Of a DNA stretch of 64,000 nt, positions 32,047-47,932 are shown in pieces; the stretch's first letter is position 1, and each line of letters begins with the position of its first letter. Under the pieces are notes generated by a model. It searched no databases. It saw only the letters and a program-made list of their open reading frames with translations, and was not told where the DNA came from. The stretch comes from a plasmid, in the sequence record OW967251.1; one strand, 5' to 3'. The position numbers and the translations under genes were made by a program.

Positions 32047-32616
32047 TCAGCCGTTGATCGGGATCGAGCGTCCCTGCTTCGGCGCGCTGACCTCGCGCTT
32101 GTCGATCGTGACCGTGAGCACCCCGTTCTTGAACGATGCTTTGATCGAATCCTGGTTGGCGTCGTCAGGCAGGTTCAAGGCACGCTGAAAGCTGCCGTAG
32201 GAGCGCTCCACACGGTGGAAGCCACCTTCCTTCTTCTCCTGTTCCTGGCGCTTCTCGCCACGCACCATCAGCACGTCGTTGTCGAGAGTGATCTGGATGT
32301 CCTTCTCCTCGACACCGGGCACTTCCAGGGCAATCTTGTACTGCTTGTCGGTTTCCTGGATGTCCAGGGCCGGCTTCAGCATGCCCGACCAATCGGATGG
32401 CCACTGCGGCATGTTCAACGCCGGAAAACCGAAGCCCCGGAATGCGTCATCGAACAGCCGGTCGATTTCCCGATGCAGTTGCAGGATCGGGCTGACTGGC
32501 CCGCTCGCCGCTGGCAGGTCATTGCGCTGCACCGGCAGGGAAGAGACGGTCTGCTGCTCTTGCTGCTCGTTCTTGAACCAGTTCCAGGGAGCCAACTTCT
32601 TGAAATCGATGTCCAT
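32047..32616 (-). CDS. small heat-shock protein, Hsp20/alpha-crystallin family
   Basis: 189 aa with alpha-crystallin domain (KIALEVPGVEEKDIQITLDNDVLMVRGE...GVLTVTIDK). Confidence 0.8.
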   Translation of the reverse strand: MDIDFKKLAPWNWFKNEQQEQQTVSSLPVQRNDLPAASGPVSPILQLHREIDRLFDDAFRGFGFPALNMPQWPSDWSGMLKPALDIQETDKQYKIALEVPGVEEKDIQITLDNDVLMVRGEKRQEQEKKEGGFHRVERSYGSFQRALNLPDDANQDSIKASFKNGVLTVTIDKREVSAPKQGRSIPING

Positions 32617-32650
32617 GTCATACCTCCAGAAAAATTGGAAAACGAGTTAC

Positions 32651-32932
32651 TCAAGCCCTTTGCCTGCTGTGACGGGCAGTGCGCCCAGGCGACACGGGCT
32701 GCTCGGATGACTTCTGCTGTTCACGCTTGCGCATCACCTCCTTCTTTGCTGCGGCTCGGGTCTGATCATTGATCCACTGATCGATTTCACTTTGAGGAAA
32801 CCGCCACGTCCCGCCCACCTTGAAAGCCGGAATTTCCCCGTGCGCGGCGAGCCGATAAAGCGTCCGCTTGCCGACTTTCAAGTACGCAGCCAATTCATCG
32901 AGCGTGAAAATCACCTGTAGGTGCGCTTTCAT
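32651..32932 (-). CDS. small HTH DNA-binding protein (excisionase/MerR-like; heat-resistance locus orf1 equivalent)
   Basis: LDELAAYLKVGKRTLYRLAAHGEIPAFKVGGTWRF is a helix-turn-helix_17/excisionase-type motif. Confidence 0.6.
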   Translation of the reverse strand: MKAHLQVIFTLDELAAYLKVGKRTLYRLAAHGEIPAFKVGGTWRFPQSEIDQWINDQTRAAAKKEVMRKREQQKSSEQPVSPGRTARHSRQRA

Positions 32933-32952
32933 CCCTGTAGGTGCGCTTTCAT
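32913..32952. repeat. tandem 20-bp duplication CCTGTAGGTGCGCTTTCATC x2 spanning the orf1 start codon
   Basis: Exact direct repeat. The first copy encodes MKAHLQV on the minus strand. Confidence 0.6.
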
Positions 32953-33439
32953 CTCACCCTCTCCAATCGCGTCGCTTTGCGGTTCCGGCCAAGGAAATCC
33001 TTGTAATACTTTGTAAGATATTACGCTTACCATGACAGCCTTCAAGAGTCAATGTACAGCGTTCTCCCGCCCCATTGATGCAGGTCAACTGCTCAGGCAA
33101 GGCGCAGCGGGGCGGTCTGATCAGGCAATGGACAGCGCCTGGCTCGTCAGCCTGCGTGTACCACAGGCGCCTCGATCAAACACCGATCCTCACGTTGTAG
33201 CCGAGTGCCCGCAGCCCCTTGCTCGTCTGCATGTTCCTTGGCGGAAACTCGTCTGGGCGCGCCCAGACGACGATTTCCCCGAGGCTGCTCAGGCTAACGT
33301 GCGGAATTGCCCAGTCGTCGCTGCGGATCGCGTTCCAGAGTCGGGCCGAAACACTTCCGTTGCCCCAGACAACGTAGTTCAACAGTATCCGTCCGGCCAA
33401 CACACCTTCCCGACACCGCCGCCGAAGGCCATGGCCCAT

Positions 33440-33780
33440 CAAGCGGATTTTCCATGCGCCCTCAGCGCCGTACCTACAGCAAATCTTTCAAGGCTCAGGT
33501 CATTCAGGAGTGTTCTGAACCCGGTGCCTCCATCGCAAACATCGCCTTGGGCTACAGCCTCAATGCCAACCTCGACCACAAATGGATTCGGCTGCCTACC
33601 CAGAAAACCACGGCTATCCAGCCAGCGTTCATCCCGTTGCCTTCTCAAATGCTCGGCGTGGGTTCGCATACTCAAGCGCGCTGCTGCGATCATGAGTTTG
33701 ATCCAGTCGGCCCGTAATAATGGGCACGATCCGTATGCCTATCTCAAGGATGTGCTGACACGGTTGCCGTCCCTGTAACA
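33440..33780 (+). pseudogene. IS66-family remnant: tnpA (orf1) fragment fused to the extreme C-terminus of tnpC
   Basis: RRTYSKSFKAQVIQECSEPGASIANIALGYSLNANLDHKWIR matches the IS66 TnpA motif (GASVSAVARRHGLNANLLFKWR). The downstream MSLIQSARNNGHDPYAYLKDVLTRLPS matches the IS66 TnpC C-terminus. Confidence 0.5.
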
Positions 33781-33938
33781 GCCTGAAGTTGACCTGGGTA
33801 ATCAAATACCGGTGTAGTGATTAGGAAACAGGGCTCGGATAACATCATGGCGCAGGTCACCCTGATCTTGACCCTCCATCTCCGAACAGCTTTTGTATCT
33901 TAAGTTAACGATGTCCGCTGCCGGTATTCCCTCGGGGA

Positions 33939-34238
33939 GTGATATCCCAGCGCGCTGTGCGGGTGGCTTCCATTTCCATCAGATGTCCTTCCTGCTCCGC
34001 TACTGAAGGCGTGGTGCGTAACGGCAAAAGCACTGCCGGACATCAGCGCTATCTCTGCTCTCACTGCCGTAAAACATGGCAACTACAGTTCACTTACACC
34101 GCCTCTCAGCCCGGTACGCACCAGAAAATCATTGATATGGCCATGAATGGCGTTGGATGCCGGGCAACCGCCCGCATTATGGGCGTTGGCCTCAACACGA
34201 TTTTACGTCACTTAAAAAACTCAGACCGCAGTCGGTAA
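33939..34238 (+). CDS. insA: IS1 InsA
   Basis: [33 protein letters not shown] zinc-finger. Confidence 0.75.
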   Translation: MISQRAVRVASISIRCPSCSATEGVVRNGKSTAGHQRYLCSHCRKTWQLQFTYTASQPGTHQKIIDMAMNGVGCRATARIMGVGLNTILRHLKNSDRSR

Positions 34239-34660
34239 CCTCACGCATACAACCGGGCAGTGACGTCATTGTTTGCGCGGAAATGGACGAACAGTGGGGT
34301 TACGTCGGTGCTAAATCACGCCAGCGCTGGTTGTTTTACGCGTATGACAGGATACGGAGGACGGTTGTGGCGCACGTATTCGGTGAACGCACGTTGTCCA
34401 CGCTGGAGCGTCTTCTGGGCCTGCTGTCGGCCTTTGAGGTCGTGGTATGGATGACGGATGGCTGGCCGCTTTATGAATCACGCCTGAAGGGAGAACTGCA
34501 CGTTATCAGCAAGCGATATACGCAGCGCATTGAGCGGCATAACCTGAATCTGAGGCAGCATCTGGCAAGGCTGGGCAGGAAGTCACTGTCGTTCTCAAAA
34601 TCGGTGGAGCTGCATGACAAAGTCATCGGGCATTATCTGAACATAAAACACTATCAGTAA
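34157..34660 (+). CDS. insB: IS1 InsB' (expressed as InsAB' by frameshift)
   Basis: Typical InsB sequence ...[26 protein letters not shown]... Confidence 0.7.
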   Translation: MPGNRPHYGRWPQHDFTSLKKLRPQSVTSRIQPGSDVIVCAEMDEQWGYVGAKSRQRWLFYAYDRIRRTVVAHVFGERTLSTLERLLGLLSAFEVVVWMTDGWPLYESRLKGELHVISKRYTQRIERHNLNLRQHLARLGRKSLSFSKSVELHDKVIGHYLNIKHYQ

Positions 34661-34850
34661 GTTGGAGTCATTACCTTCTTTGCCGCCGGACATTGTCCGG
34701 CGCAACACCAAACGGGTCTGGCGGGCTGAGCCAATCCCGCAGGCAAATTCAGCCCTTACCGGATGGCTCAGCCCCCTACTCATTGGAATTGGATATTCAA
34801 CTTTCAGGGGCTACTGCGCCAGACTTCAGTCTTTAAAGTGATTGACTTAG

Positions 34851-36046
<1,196 letters not shown>

Positions 36047-36364
36047 CTGTCATCGGCGGCGGTACGCTGGCTACCGTGAGCACCTACACACTCAGCTGCC
36101 TGATGAGCGCCGCTCTGGAGTTACCGCGTTGCTGCATTGTGATTGCCAACCTATCCGGCAGCTATGTGGCTCAGACCAAGGCAATTGCCGAAGCAATCTC
36201 TAACCTCCAGCAAGAAGCCAGTCGCCAAGCGAGCACCATCACCCCCGTGCAGTTGGCGGGTACCTGTTCATCCCTGGCGCCTCTCCGCCTTGATGCTGGC
36301 AGATTCAGTCTGGCCTCGCGGTTCGACCTACCGAAATATCGGCGGTTACATTGTCCCCAGAGCT

Positions 36365-37068
36365 TCAGACCCGGCTGTTACCGGCCACGCCTGTCTGGGT
36401 AGGGAACGAGTGGTGGAACAGTCGGTTCCGTCGGGCGTTAACCTGCGGAACAGAAACCCATGCGACTTTCAGGTCGCACTGCCGAAATAATACTGGTTTC
36501 CCTTCTTGGTCTGGTGCATTTCCGGGTCGCGCTTGCCGTCCTTGTTCTTGGTCGAACTGGGCGCATTGATCAGCGTTGCATCGACGATGGTGCCCTGGCG
36601 CAGCGACAGGCCGCGGTCGCCCAGAGCCATTGATGACAGCGAGGATGCCGGCCGCCAGCTCGTGTTTCTCCAGCAAGCGGCGGAAGTTGAGAATGGTGGT
36701 TTCGTCGGGGATGCGCTCCAGGTTCAGCCCGGCAAACTGGCGCAGGATCGTGGTTTCGTACAGCGCTTCCTCCATCGCTGGATCGCTGTAGCCGAACCAG
36801 TTCTGCAGCAGATGCACACGCAGCATCGCCATCAACGGGTAGGCCGGACGGCCACCTTCACCCTTCGGATAATGTGGCTCGATCAAAGCAATCAAGCCCT
36901 TCCACGGCACCACCCGATCCATCTCGATCAGGAACAACTCCTTGCGGGTTTGCTTGCGCTTGCCAGCGTACTCGGCGTCGGCGAAGGTCATCTGCTTCAT
37001 CGGGAAACTCGGTGGGTGGGGGCGCGGTATTTTGCCAAATCAGAAAGTCTTTTTCAGAGTTTCCCTAG
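36365..37068 (-). pseudogene. 5' ~700 bp of an IS5-family element (IS5 group) with frameshifted, 3'-truncated transposase
   Basis: MKQMTFADAEYAGKRKQTRKELFLIEMDRVVPWKG... follows IS5-like transposase sequence, then shifts frame after AVIN. Similarity ends after ...KKGNQYYFG. The left end (CTAGGGAAACTCTG...) is identical to the fragment at 41788. Confidence 0.6.
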
Positions 37069-37107
37069 GCTGACAAGCCAAGCGCTGGATCGCAACCATC
37101 CATCACC

Positions 37108-41513
<4,406 letters not shown>

Positions 41514-41787
41514 TTGATCACCTTTTGCAATATTGCTGGCCGCACAATTGCGGTTCGCGATGCAAAGGATAGAAATTCCTTGTTAACGCACTGTTTCTAA
41601 AGGATGACATTTCGATGAATACTTCGAATCTGCCGTAGCGGGGCGGCAAGCGAAGCCGTGGAAGAACGGGCGCAACGTAGCGTCTTTCTTCACGCGGGAT
41701 ACAGGAGGCTTTGATTGATACTGCTGCGGATTCGCTACAGTAACGTTGGGCCAGAACGTAATGCCATCCAAGCAAGAGAGCGCACAC

Positions 41788-42175
41788 TAGGGAAACTCTG
41801 AAAAAGACTTTCTGATTTGGCAAAATACCGCGCCCCCACCCACCGAGTTTCCCGATGAAGCAGATGACCTTCGCCGACGCCGAGTACGCTGGCAAGCGCA
41901 AGCAAACCCGCAAGGAGTTGTTCCTGATCGAGATGGATCGGGTGGTGCCGTGGAAGGGCTTGATTGCTTTGATCGAGCCACATTATCCGAAGGGTGAAGG
42001 TGGCCGTCCGGCCTACCCGTTGATGGCGATGCTGCGTGTGCATCTGCTGCAGAACTGGTTCGGCTACAGCGATCCAGCGATGGAGGAAGCGCTGTACGAA
42101 ACCACGATCCTGCGCCAGTTTGCCGGGCTGAACCTGGAGCGCATCCCCGACGAAACCACCATTTGTTGGCGCTGA
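41788..42175 (+). pseudogene. 5' ~380 bp of the same IS5-family element as at 36365..37068, in inverted orientation, 3'-truncated
   Basis: Identical left-end sequence and the first 105 codons of the transposase (MKQMTFADAEYAGKRKQ...DETTI), then unrelated sequence. Confidence 0.6.
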
Positions 42176-42316
42176 TGGAAAATTGACCCACCCTGCCGAT
42201 TGAAATTTGACCCAGGGCGGATTGCTGATTTTGTTACCAGCAACTGTGGATAAGTCTACCAGCGCAGCTGCTGTTGCCCCCACTCCTTCGCTAGCCCAGT
42301 TCAGTTGTTTAAGACC

Positions 42317-43136
42317 GGCACTGTTGCAAAGTTAGCGATGAGGCAGCCTTTTGTCTTATTCAAAGGCCTTACATTTCAAAAACTCTGCTTACCAGGCGCA
42401 TTTCGCCCAGGGGATCACCATAATAAAATGCTGAGGCCTGGCCTTTGCGTAGTGCACGCATCACCTCAATACCTTTGATGGTGGCGTAAGCCGTCTTCAT
42501 GGATTTAAATCCCAGCGTGGCGCCGATTATCCGTTTCAGTTTGCCATGATCGCATTCAATCACGTTGTTCCGGTACTTAATCTGTCGGTGTTCAACGTCA
42601 GACGGGCACCGGCCTTCGCGTTTGAGCAGAGCAAGCGCGCGACCATAGGCGGGCGCTTTATCCGTGTTGATGAATCGCGGGATCTGCCACTTCTTCACGT
42701 TGTTGAGGATTTTACCCAGAAACCGGTATGCAGCTTTGCTGTTACGACGGGAGGAGAGATAAAAATCGACAGTGCGGCCCCGGCTGTCGACGGCCCGGTA
42801 CAGATACGCCCAGCGGCCATTGACCTTCACGTAGGTTTCATCCATGTGCCACGGGCAAAGATCGGAAGGGTTACGCCAGTACCAGCGCAGCCGTTTTTCC
42901 ATTTCAGGCGCATAACGCTGAACCCAGCGGTAAATCGTGGAGTGATCGACATTCACTCCGCGTTCAGCCAGCATCTCCTGCAGCTCACGGTAACTGATGC
43001 CGTATTTGCAGTACCAGCGTACGGCCCACCGAATGATGTCACGCTGAAAATGCCGGCCTTTGAATGGGTTCATGTGCAGCTCCATCAGCAAAAGGGGATG
43101 ATAAGTTTATCACCACCGACTATTTGCAACAGTGCC
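42317..43136 (-). mobile_element. IS26 copy 1 (820 bp)
   Basis: 14-bp IRs GGCACTGTTGCAAA at both ends. Tnp26 ORF present. Confidence 0.9.
42369..43073 (-). CDS. tnpA: IS26 transposase Tnp26 (variant with R at the DIIRWAV position)
   Basis: 234 aa, [14 protein letters not shown]... Confidence 0.9.
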   Translation of the reverse strand: MNPFKGRHFQRDIIRWAVRWYCKYGISYRELQEMLAERGVNVDHSTIYRWVQRYAPEMEKRLRWYWRNPSDLCPWHMDETYVKVNGRWAYLYRAVDSRGRTVDFYLSSRRNSKAAYRFLGKILNNVKKWQIPRFINTDKAPAYGRALALLKREGRCPSDVEHRQIKYRNNVIECDHGKLKRIIGATLGFKSMKTAYATIKGIEVMRALRKGQASAFYYGDPLGEMRLVSRVFEM

Positions 43137-44329
43137 AAAACAATCACGTCAGACCTAAAGACAGAAAGTTGTTACTGACCACCATCCTGGCCGATGGTAT
43201 CAACCTTGGACTGACAAAAATGGCCGAATCCTGTCCGGGAACGACCAAATCGTCACTCGAGGGCATTCAGGCCTGGTACATCAGGGATGAAACCTATTCA
43301 GCTGCGCTGGCCGAGTTGGTCAATGCCCAGAAAAAAAGCCCTCTGGCGGCATTCTGGGGCGATGGAACAACGTCATCGTCTGATGGACAGAACTTTCGGG
43401 TGGGGAGTCACGGGCGTTATGCTGGTCAGGTCAATCTTAAATACGGTCAGGATCCAAGCGTGCAGATTTATACGCATATTTCGGACCAATACAGCCCGTT
43501 TTACACCAAAGTTATCAGCCGCGTGCGGGATTCAACACACGTACTTGATGGTCTGCTGTACCACGAAACTGATCTGGAAATTACAGAGCATTACACCGAC
43601 ACAGCAGGTTTCACTGAGCATGTTTTTGCGCTAATGCATCTGCTCGGATTCGCTTTTGCGCCAAGGATCCGGGATCTTCATGACAAACGGCTGTTTATTC
43701 ATGGAAAAGCTGAGTTGTATCAGGGGCTTCAGTCAATCATCTCGACAACCAGCCTGAATCTAAAGGAAATTGAAACCCACTGGCATGAGGTGCTGCGTCT
43801 GGCAAGTTCTATAAAGCAGGGAACGGTAACAGCATCACTGATGATGAAAAAGCTGGCAAGCTATCCGAAGCAGAATGGTCTGGCAAAGGCGCTGAGAGAG
43901 ATTGGCCGCATCGAAAGGTCATTGTTTATGCTGGACTGGTTCAGGGATCCTTTACTGCGTCGACGCGTACAGGCGGGGCTGAATAAAGGTGAGGCTCGCA
44001 ATGCCCTTGCGCGAGCGGTCTTTATGCATCGGCTGGGTGAAATCAGAGATCGGGGGCTGGAGAATCAGAGCTATCGAGCCAGCGGTCTGACGTTGCTGAC
44101 TGCGGCGATCTCACTGTGGAATACGGTATATATAGAAAGAGCGATAGATTCTTTGAGACGAAAAGGGATCCCGATTAATGAGCAACTGATTACCCATCTG
44201 TCACCACTGGGATGGGAACATATCAACCTGAGCGGGGATTACGTCTGGAGAACGAACCTCAAACTGGGACAGGGTAAATACCGCGCATTACGCTCAGTGA
44301 ATAGTAATATGTACAAAAAACAGGCTTAG
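43137..44329 (+). pseudogene. tnpA: Tn3-family transposase TnpA, C-terminal ~400 aa only (5' part removed at the IS26 boundary)
   Basis: Reading frame is open from the IS26 end. Sequence parallels the Tn21 TnpA C-terminal region at 60480-61649 ([25 protein letters not shown]... vs [25 protein letters not shown]...) at roughly 75% identity. Confidence 0.75.
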
Positions 44330-44362
44330 CGTAGGATAATTTCCGTTTTCCAAGCGGACCCC
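44325..44362. repeat. 38-bp Tn3-family terminal inverted repeat (GGGGTCCGCTTGGAAAACGGAAATTATCCTACGCTAAG, read on the minus strand)
   Basis: Overlaps the tnpA stop, as in Tn21-subgroup transposons. Ends in ACGCTAAG. Confidence 0.6.
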
Positions 44363-45097
44363 ATTTTCAGCGTGACATCATTCTGTGGGCCGTACGCTGG
44401 TACTGCAAATACGGCATCAGTTACCGTGAGCTGCAGGAGATGCTGGCTGAACGCGGAGTGAATGTCGATCACTCCACGATTTACCGCTGGGTTCAGCGTT
44501 ATGCGCCTGAAATGGAAAAACGGCTGCGCTGGTACTGGCGTAACCCTTCCGATCTTTGCCCGTGGCACATGGATGAAACCTACGTGAAGGTCAATGGCCG
44601 CTGGGCGTATCTGTACCGGGCCGTCGACAGCCGGGGCCGCACTGTCGATTTTTATCTCTCCTCCCGTCGTAACAGCAAAGCTGCATACCGGTTTCTGGGT
44701 AAAATCCTCAACAACGTGAAGAAGTGGCAGATCCCGCGATTCATCAACACGGATAAAGCGCCCGCCTATGGTCGCGCGCTTGCTCTGCTCAAACGCGAAG
44801 GCCGGTGCCCGTCTGACGTTGAACACCGACAGATTAAGTACCGGAACAACGTGATTGAATGCGATCATGGCAAACTGAAACGGATAATCGGCGCCACGCT
44901 GGGATTTAAATCCATGAAGACGGCTTACGCCACCATCAAAGGTATTGAGGTGATGCGTGCACTACGCAAAGGCCAGGCCTCAGCATTTTATTATGGTGAT
45001 CCCCTGGGCGAAATGCGCCTGGTAAGCAGAGTTTTTGAAATGTAAGGCCTTTGAATAAGACAAAAGGCTGCCTCATCGCTAACTTTGCAACAGTGCC
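44363..45097 (+). mobile_element. IS26 copy 2, 5'-truncated (lacks the left IR and the first ~85 bp)
   Basis: Sequence is identical to internal IS26 from ...ATTTTCAGCGTGACATC onward. The right IR TTTGCAACAGTGCC is intact at 45084-45097. Confidence 0.8.
44440..45045 (+). pseudogene. tnpA: tnp26 lacking its first 33 codons
   Basis: ORF begins at an internal Met (MLAERGVN...) of Tnp26. Confidence 0.8.
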
Positions 45098-45234
45098 AAT
45101 TTATGAGTAAAGGATTATGTCCACGATAAGCACCTGGGTCGATTCCTGGGAGGCGGCCATGAGGGTAGGGAAGCGCCGTCCCGTCAAGTCAGCGTAATGC
45201 TCTGCCAGTGTTACAACCAATTAACCAATTCTGA

Positions 45235-46050
45235 TTAGAAAAACTCATCGAGCATCAAATGAAACTGCAATTTATTCATATCAGGATTATCAATACCATA
45301 TTTTTGAAAAAGCCGTTTCTGTAATGAAGGAGAAAACTCACCGAGGCAGTTCCATAGGATGGCAAGATCCTGGTATCGGTCTGCGATTCCGACTCGTCCA
45401 ACATCAATACAACCTATTAATTTCCCCTCGTCAAAAATAAGGTTATCAAGTGAGAAATCACCATGAGTGACGACTGAATCCGGTGAGAATGGCAAAAGCT
45501 TATGCATTTCTTTCCAGACTTGTTCAACAGGCCAGCCATTACGCTCGTCATCAAAATCACTCGCATCAACCAAACCGTTATTCATTCGTGATTGCGCCTG
45601 AGCGAGACGAAATACGCGATCGCTGTTAAAAGGACAATTACAAACAGGAATCGAATGCAACCGGCGCAGGAACACTGCCAGCGCATCAACAATATTTTCA
45701 CCTGAATCAGGATATTCTTCTAATACCTGGAATGCTGTTTTCCCGGGGATCGCAGTGGTGAGTAACCATGCATCATCAGGAGTACGGATAAAATGCTTGA
45801 TGGTCGGAAGAGGCATAAATTCCGTCAGCCAGTTTAGTCTGACCATCTCATCTGTAACATCATTGGCAACGCTACCTTTGCCATGTTTCAGAAACAACTC
45901 TGGCGCATCGGGCTTCCCATACAATCGATAGATTGTCGCACCTGATTGCCCGACATTATCGCGAGCCCATTTATACCCATATAAATCAGCATCCATGTTG
46001 GAATTTAATCGCGGCCTCGAGCAAGACGTTTCCCGTTGAATATGGCTCAT
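45235..46050 (-). CDS. aph(3')-Ia: aminoglycoside 3'-phosphotransferase APH(3')-Ia
   Basis: 271 aa, MSHIQRETSCSRPRLNSNMDADLYGYKWARDNVGQSGATIYRLYGKPDAPELFLKHGKG... is the canonical Tn903/Tn4352 aphA1 sequence. Confidence 0.95.
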   Translation of the reverse strand: MSHIQRETSCSRPRLNSNMDADLYGYKWARDNVGQSGATIYRLYGKPDAPELFLKHGKGSVANDVTDEMVRLNWLTEFMPLPTIKHFIRTPDDAWLLTTAIPGKTAFQVLEEYPDSGENIVDALAVFLRRLHSIPVCNCPFNSDRVFRLAQAQSRMNNGLVDASDFDDERNGWPVEQVWKEMHKLLPFSPDSVVTHGDFSLDNLIFDEGKLIGCIDVGRVGIADRYQDLAILWNCLGEFSPSLQKRLFQKYGIDNPDMNKLQFHLMLDEFF

Positions 46051-46137
46051 AACACCCCTTGTATTACTGTTTATGTAAGCAGACAGTTTTATTGTTCATG
46101 ATGATATATTTTTATCTTGTGCAATGTAACATCAGAG

Positions 46138-46957
46138 GGCACTGTTGCAAATAGTCGGTGGTGATAAACTTATCATCCCCTTTTGCTGATGGAGCTGCAC
46201 ATGAACCCATTCAAAGGCCGGCATTTTCAGCGTGACATCATTCTGTGGGCCGTACGCTGGTACTGCAAATACGGCATCAGTTACCGTGAGCTGCAGGAGA
46301 TGCTGGCTGAACGCGGAGTGAATGTCGATCACTCCACGATTTACCGCTGGGTTCAGCGTTATGCGCCTGAAATGGAAAAACGGCTGCGCTGGTACTGGCG
46401 TAACCCTTCCGATCTTTGCCCGTGGCACATGGATGAAACCTACGTGAAGGTCAATGGCCGCTGGGCGTATCTGTACCGGGCCGTCGACAGCCGGGGCCGC
46501 ACTGTCGATTTTTATCTCTCCTCCCGTCGTAACAGCAAAGCTGCATACCGGTTTCTGGGTAAAATCCTCAACAACGTGAAGAAGTGGCAGATCCCGCGAT
46601 TCATCAACACGGATAAAGCGCCCGCCTATGGTCGCGCGCTTGCTCTGCTCAAACGCGAAGGCCGGTGCCCGTCTGACGTTGAACACCGACAGATTAAGTA
46701 CCGGAACAACGTGATTGAATGCGATCATGGCAAACTGAAACGGATAATCGGCGCCACGCTGGGATTTAAATCCATGAAGACGGCTTACGCCACCATCAAA
46801 GGTATTGAGGTGATGCGTGCACTACGCAAAGGCCAGGCCTCAGCATTTTATTATGGTGATCCCCTGGGCGAAATGCGCCTGGTAAGCAGAGTTTTTGAAA
46901 TGTAAGGCCTTTGAATAAGACAAAAGGCTGCCTCATCGCTAACTTTGCAACAGTGCC
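46138..46957 (+). mobile_element. IS26 copy 3 (820 bp, intact)
   Basis: Both 14-bp IRs present. Same orientation as copy 2. Confidence 0.9.
46201..46905 (+). CDS. tnpA: IS26 transposase Tnp26
   Basis: [21 protein letters not shown]..., 234 aa. Confidence 0.9.
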   Translation: MNPFKGRHFQRDIILWAVRWYCKYGISYRELQEMLAERGVNVDHSTIYRWVQRYAPEMEKRLRWYWRNPSDLCPWHMDETYVKVNGRWAYLYRAVDSRGRTVDFYLSSRRNSKAAYRFLGKILNNVKKWQIPRFINTDKAPAYGRALALLKREGRCPSDVEHRQIKYRNNVIECDHGKLKRIIGATLGFKSMKTAYATIKGIEVMRALRKGQASAFYYGDPLGEMRLVSRVFEM

Positions 46958-47026
46958 GGATTGAATATAACCGACGTGACTGTTACATTTAGGTGGCTAA
47001 ACCCGTCAAGCCCTCAGGAGTGAATC

Positions 47027-47932
47027 ATGACCGTAGTCACGACCGCCGATACCTCCCAACTGTACGCACTTGCAGCCCGACATGGGCTCAAGCTCCATGG
47101 CCCGCTGACTGTCAATGAGCTTGGGCTCGACTATAGGATCGTGATCGCCACCGTCGACGATGGACGTCGGTGGGTGCTGCGCATCCCGCGCCGAGCCGAG
47201 GTAAGCGCGAAGGTCGAACCAGAGGCGCGGGTGCTGGCAATGCTCAAGAATCGCCTGCCGTTCGCGGTGCCGGACTGGCGCGTGGCCAACGCCGAGCTCG
47301 TTGCCTATCCCATGCTCGAAGACTCGACTGCGATGGTCATCCAGCCTGGTTCGTCCACGCCCGACTGGGTCGTGCCGCAGGACTCGGAGGTCTTCGCGGA
47401 GAGCTTCGCGACCGCGCTCGCCGCCCTGCATGCCGTCCCCATTTCCGCCGCCGTGGATGCGGGGATGCTCATCCGTACACCGACGCAGGCCCGTCAGAAG
47501 GTGGCCGACGACGTTGACCGCGTCCGACGCGAGTTCGTGGTGAACGACAAGCGCCTCCACCGGTGGCAGCGCTGGCTCGACGACGATTCGTCGTGGCCAG
47601 ATTTCTCCGTGGTGGTGCATGGCGATCTCTACGTGGGCCATGTGCTCATCGACAACACGGAGCGCGTCAGCGGGATGATCGACTGGAGCGAGGCCCGCGT
47701 TGATGACCCTGCCATCGACATGGCCGCGCACCTTATGGTCTTTGGTGAAGAGGGGCTCGCGAAGCTCCTCCTCACGTATGAAGCGGCCGGTGGCCGGGTG
47801 TGGCCGCGGCTCGCCCACCACATCGCGGAGCGCCTTGCGTTCGGGGCGGTCACCTACGCACTCTTCGCCCTCGACTCGGGTAACGAAGAGTACCTCGCTG
47901 CGGCGAAGGCGCAGCTCGCCGCAGCGGAATGA
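47027..47932 (+). CDS. mph(A): macrolide 2'-phosphotransferase Mph(A)
   Basis: 301 aa, MTVVTTADTSQLYALAARHGLKLHG... Canonical mph(A), directly abutting the IS26 right end. Confidence 0.95.
   Translation: MTVVTTADTSQLYALAARHGLKLHGPLTVNELGLDYRIVIATVDDGRRWVLRIPRRAEVSAKVEPEARVLAMLKNRLPFAVPDWRVANAELVAYPMLEDSTAMVIQPGSSTPDWVVPQDSEVFAESFATALAALHAVPISAAVDAGMLIRTPTQARQKVADDVDRVRREFVVNDKRLHRWQRWLDDDSSWPDFSVVVHGDLYVGHVLIDNTERVSGMIDWSEARVDDPAIDMAAHLMVFGEEGLAKLLLTYEAAGGRVWPRLAHHIAERLAFGAVTYALFALDSGNEEYLAAAKAQLAAAE

Larger units (their letters stand above)
33908..34675 (+). mobile_element. IS1-family element (768 bp), divergent variant (ISKpn14-like)
   Basis: insA/insB' arrangement. Right end ...ATAAGTTGGAGTCATTACC. 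Left-end sequence and InsA N-terminus differ from canonical IS1 (copy at 63177). Confidence 0.75.

Noticed and set aside
33032-33778. 248-aa plus-strand ORF between the heat-resistance fragment and IS1
   Set aside because: No coherent homology along its length. It overlaps the IS66 remnant in a different frame and is therefore an artefactual read-through of degenerate IS DNA.
42176-42316. 140-bp segment between the IS5-family fragment and IS26 searched for an IS end or gene
   Set aside because: No ORF, repeat or recognisable terminus. Probably residual sequence from the truncated IS5-family element or its former flank.
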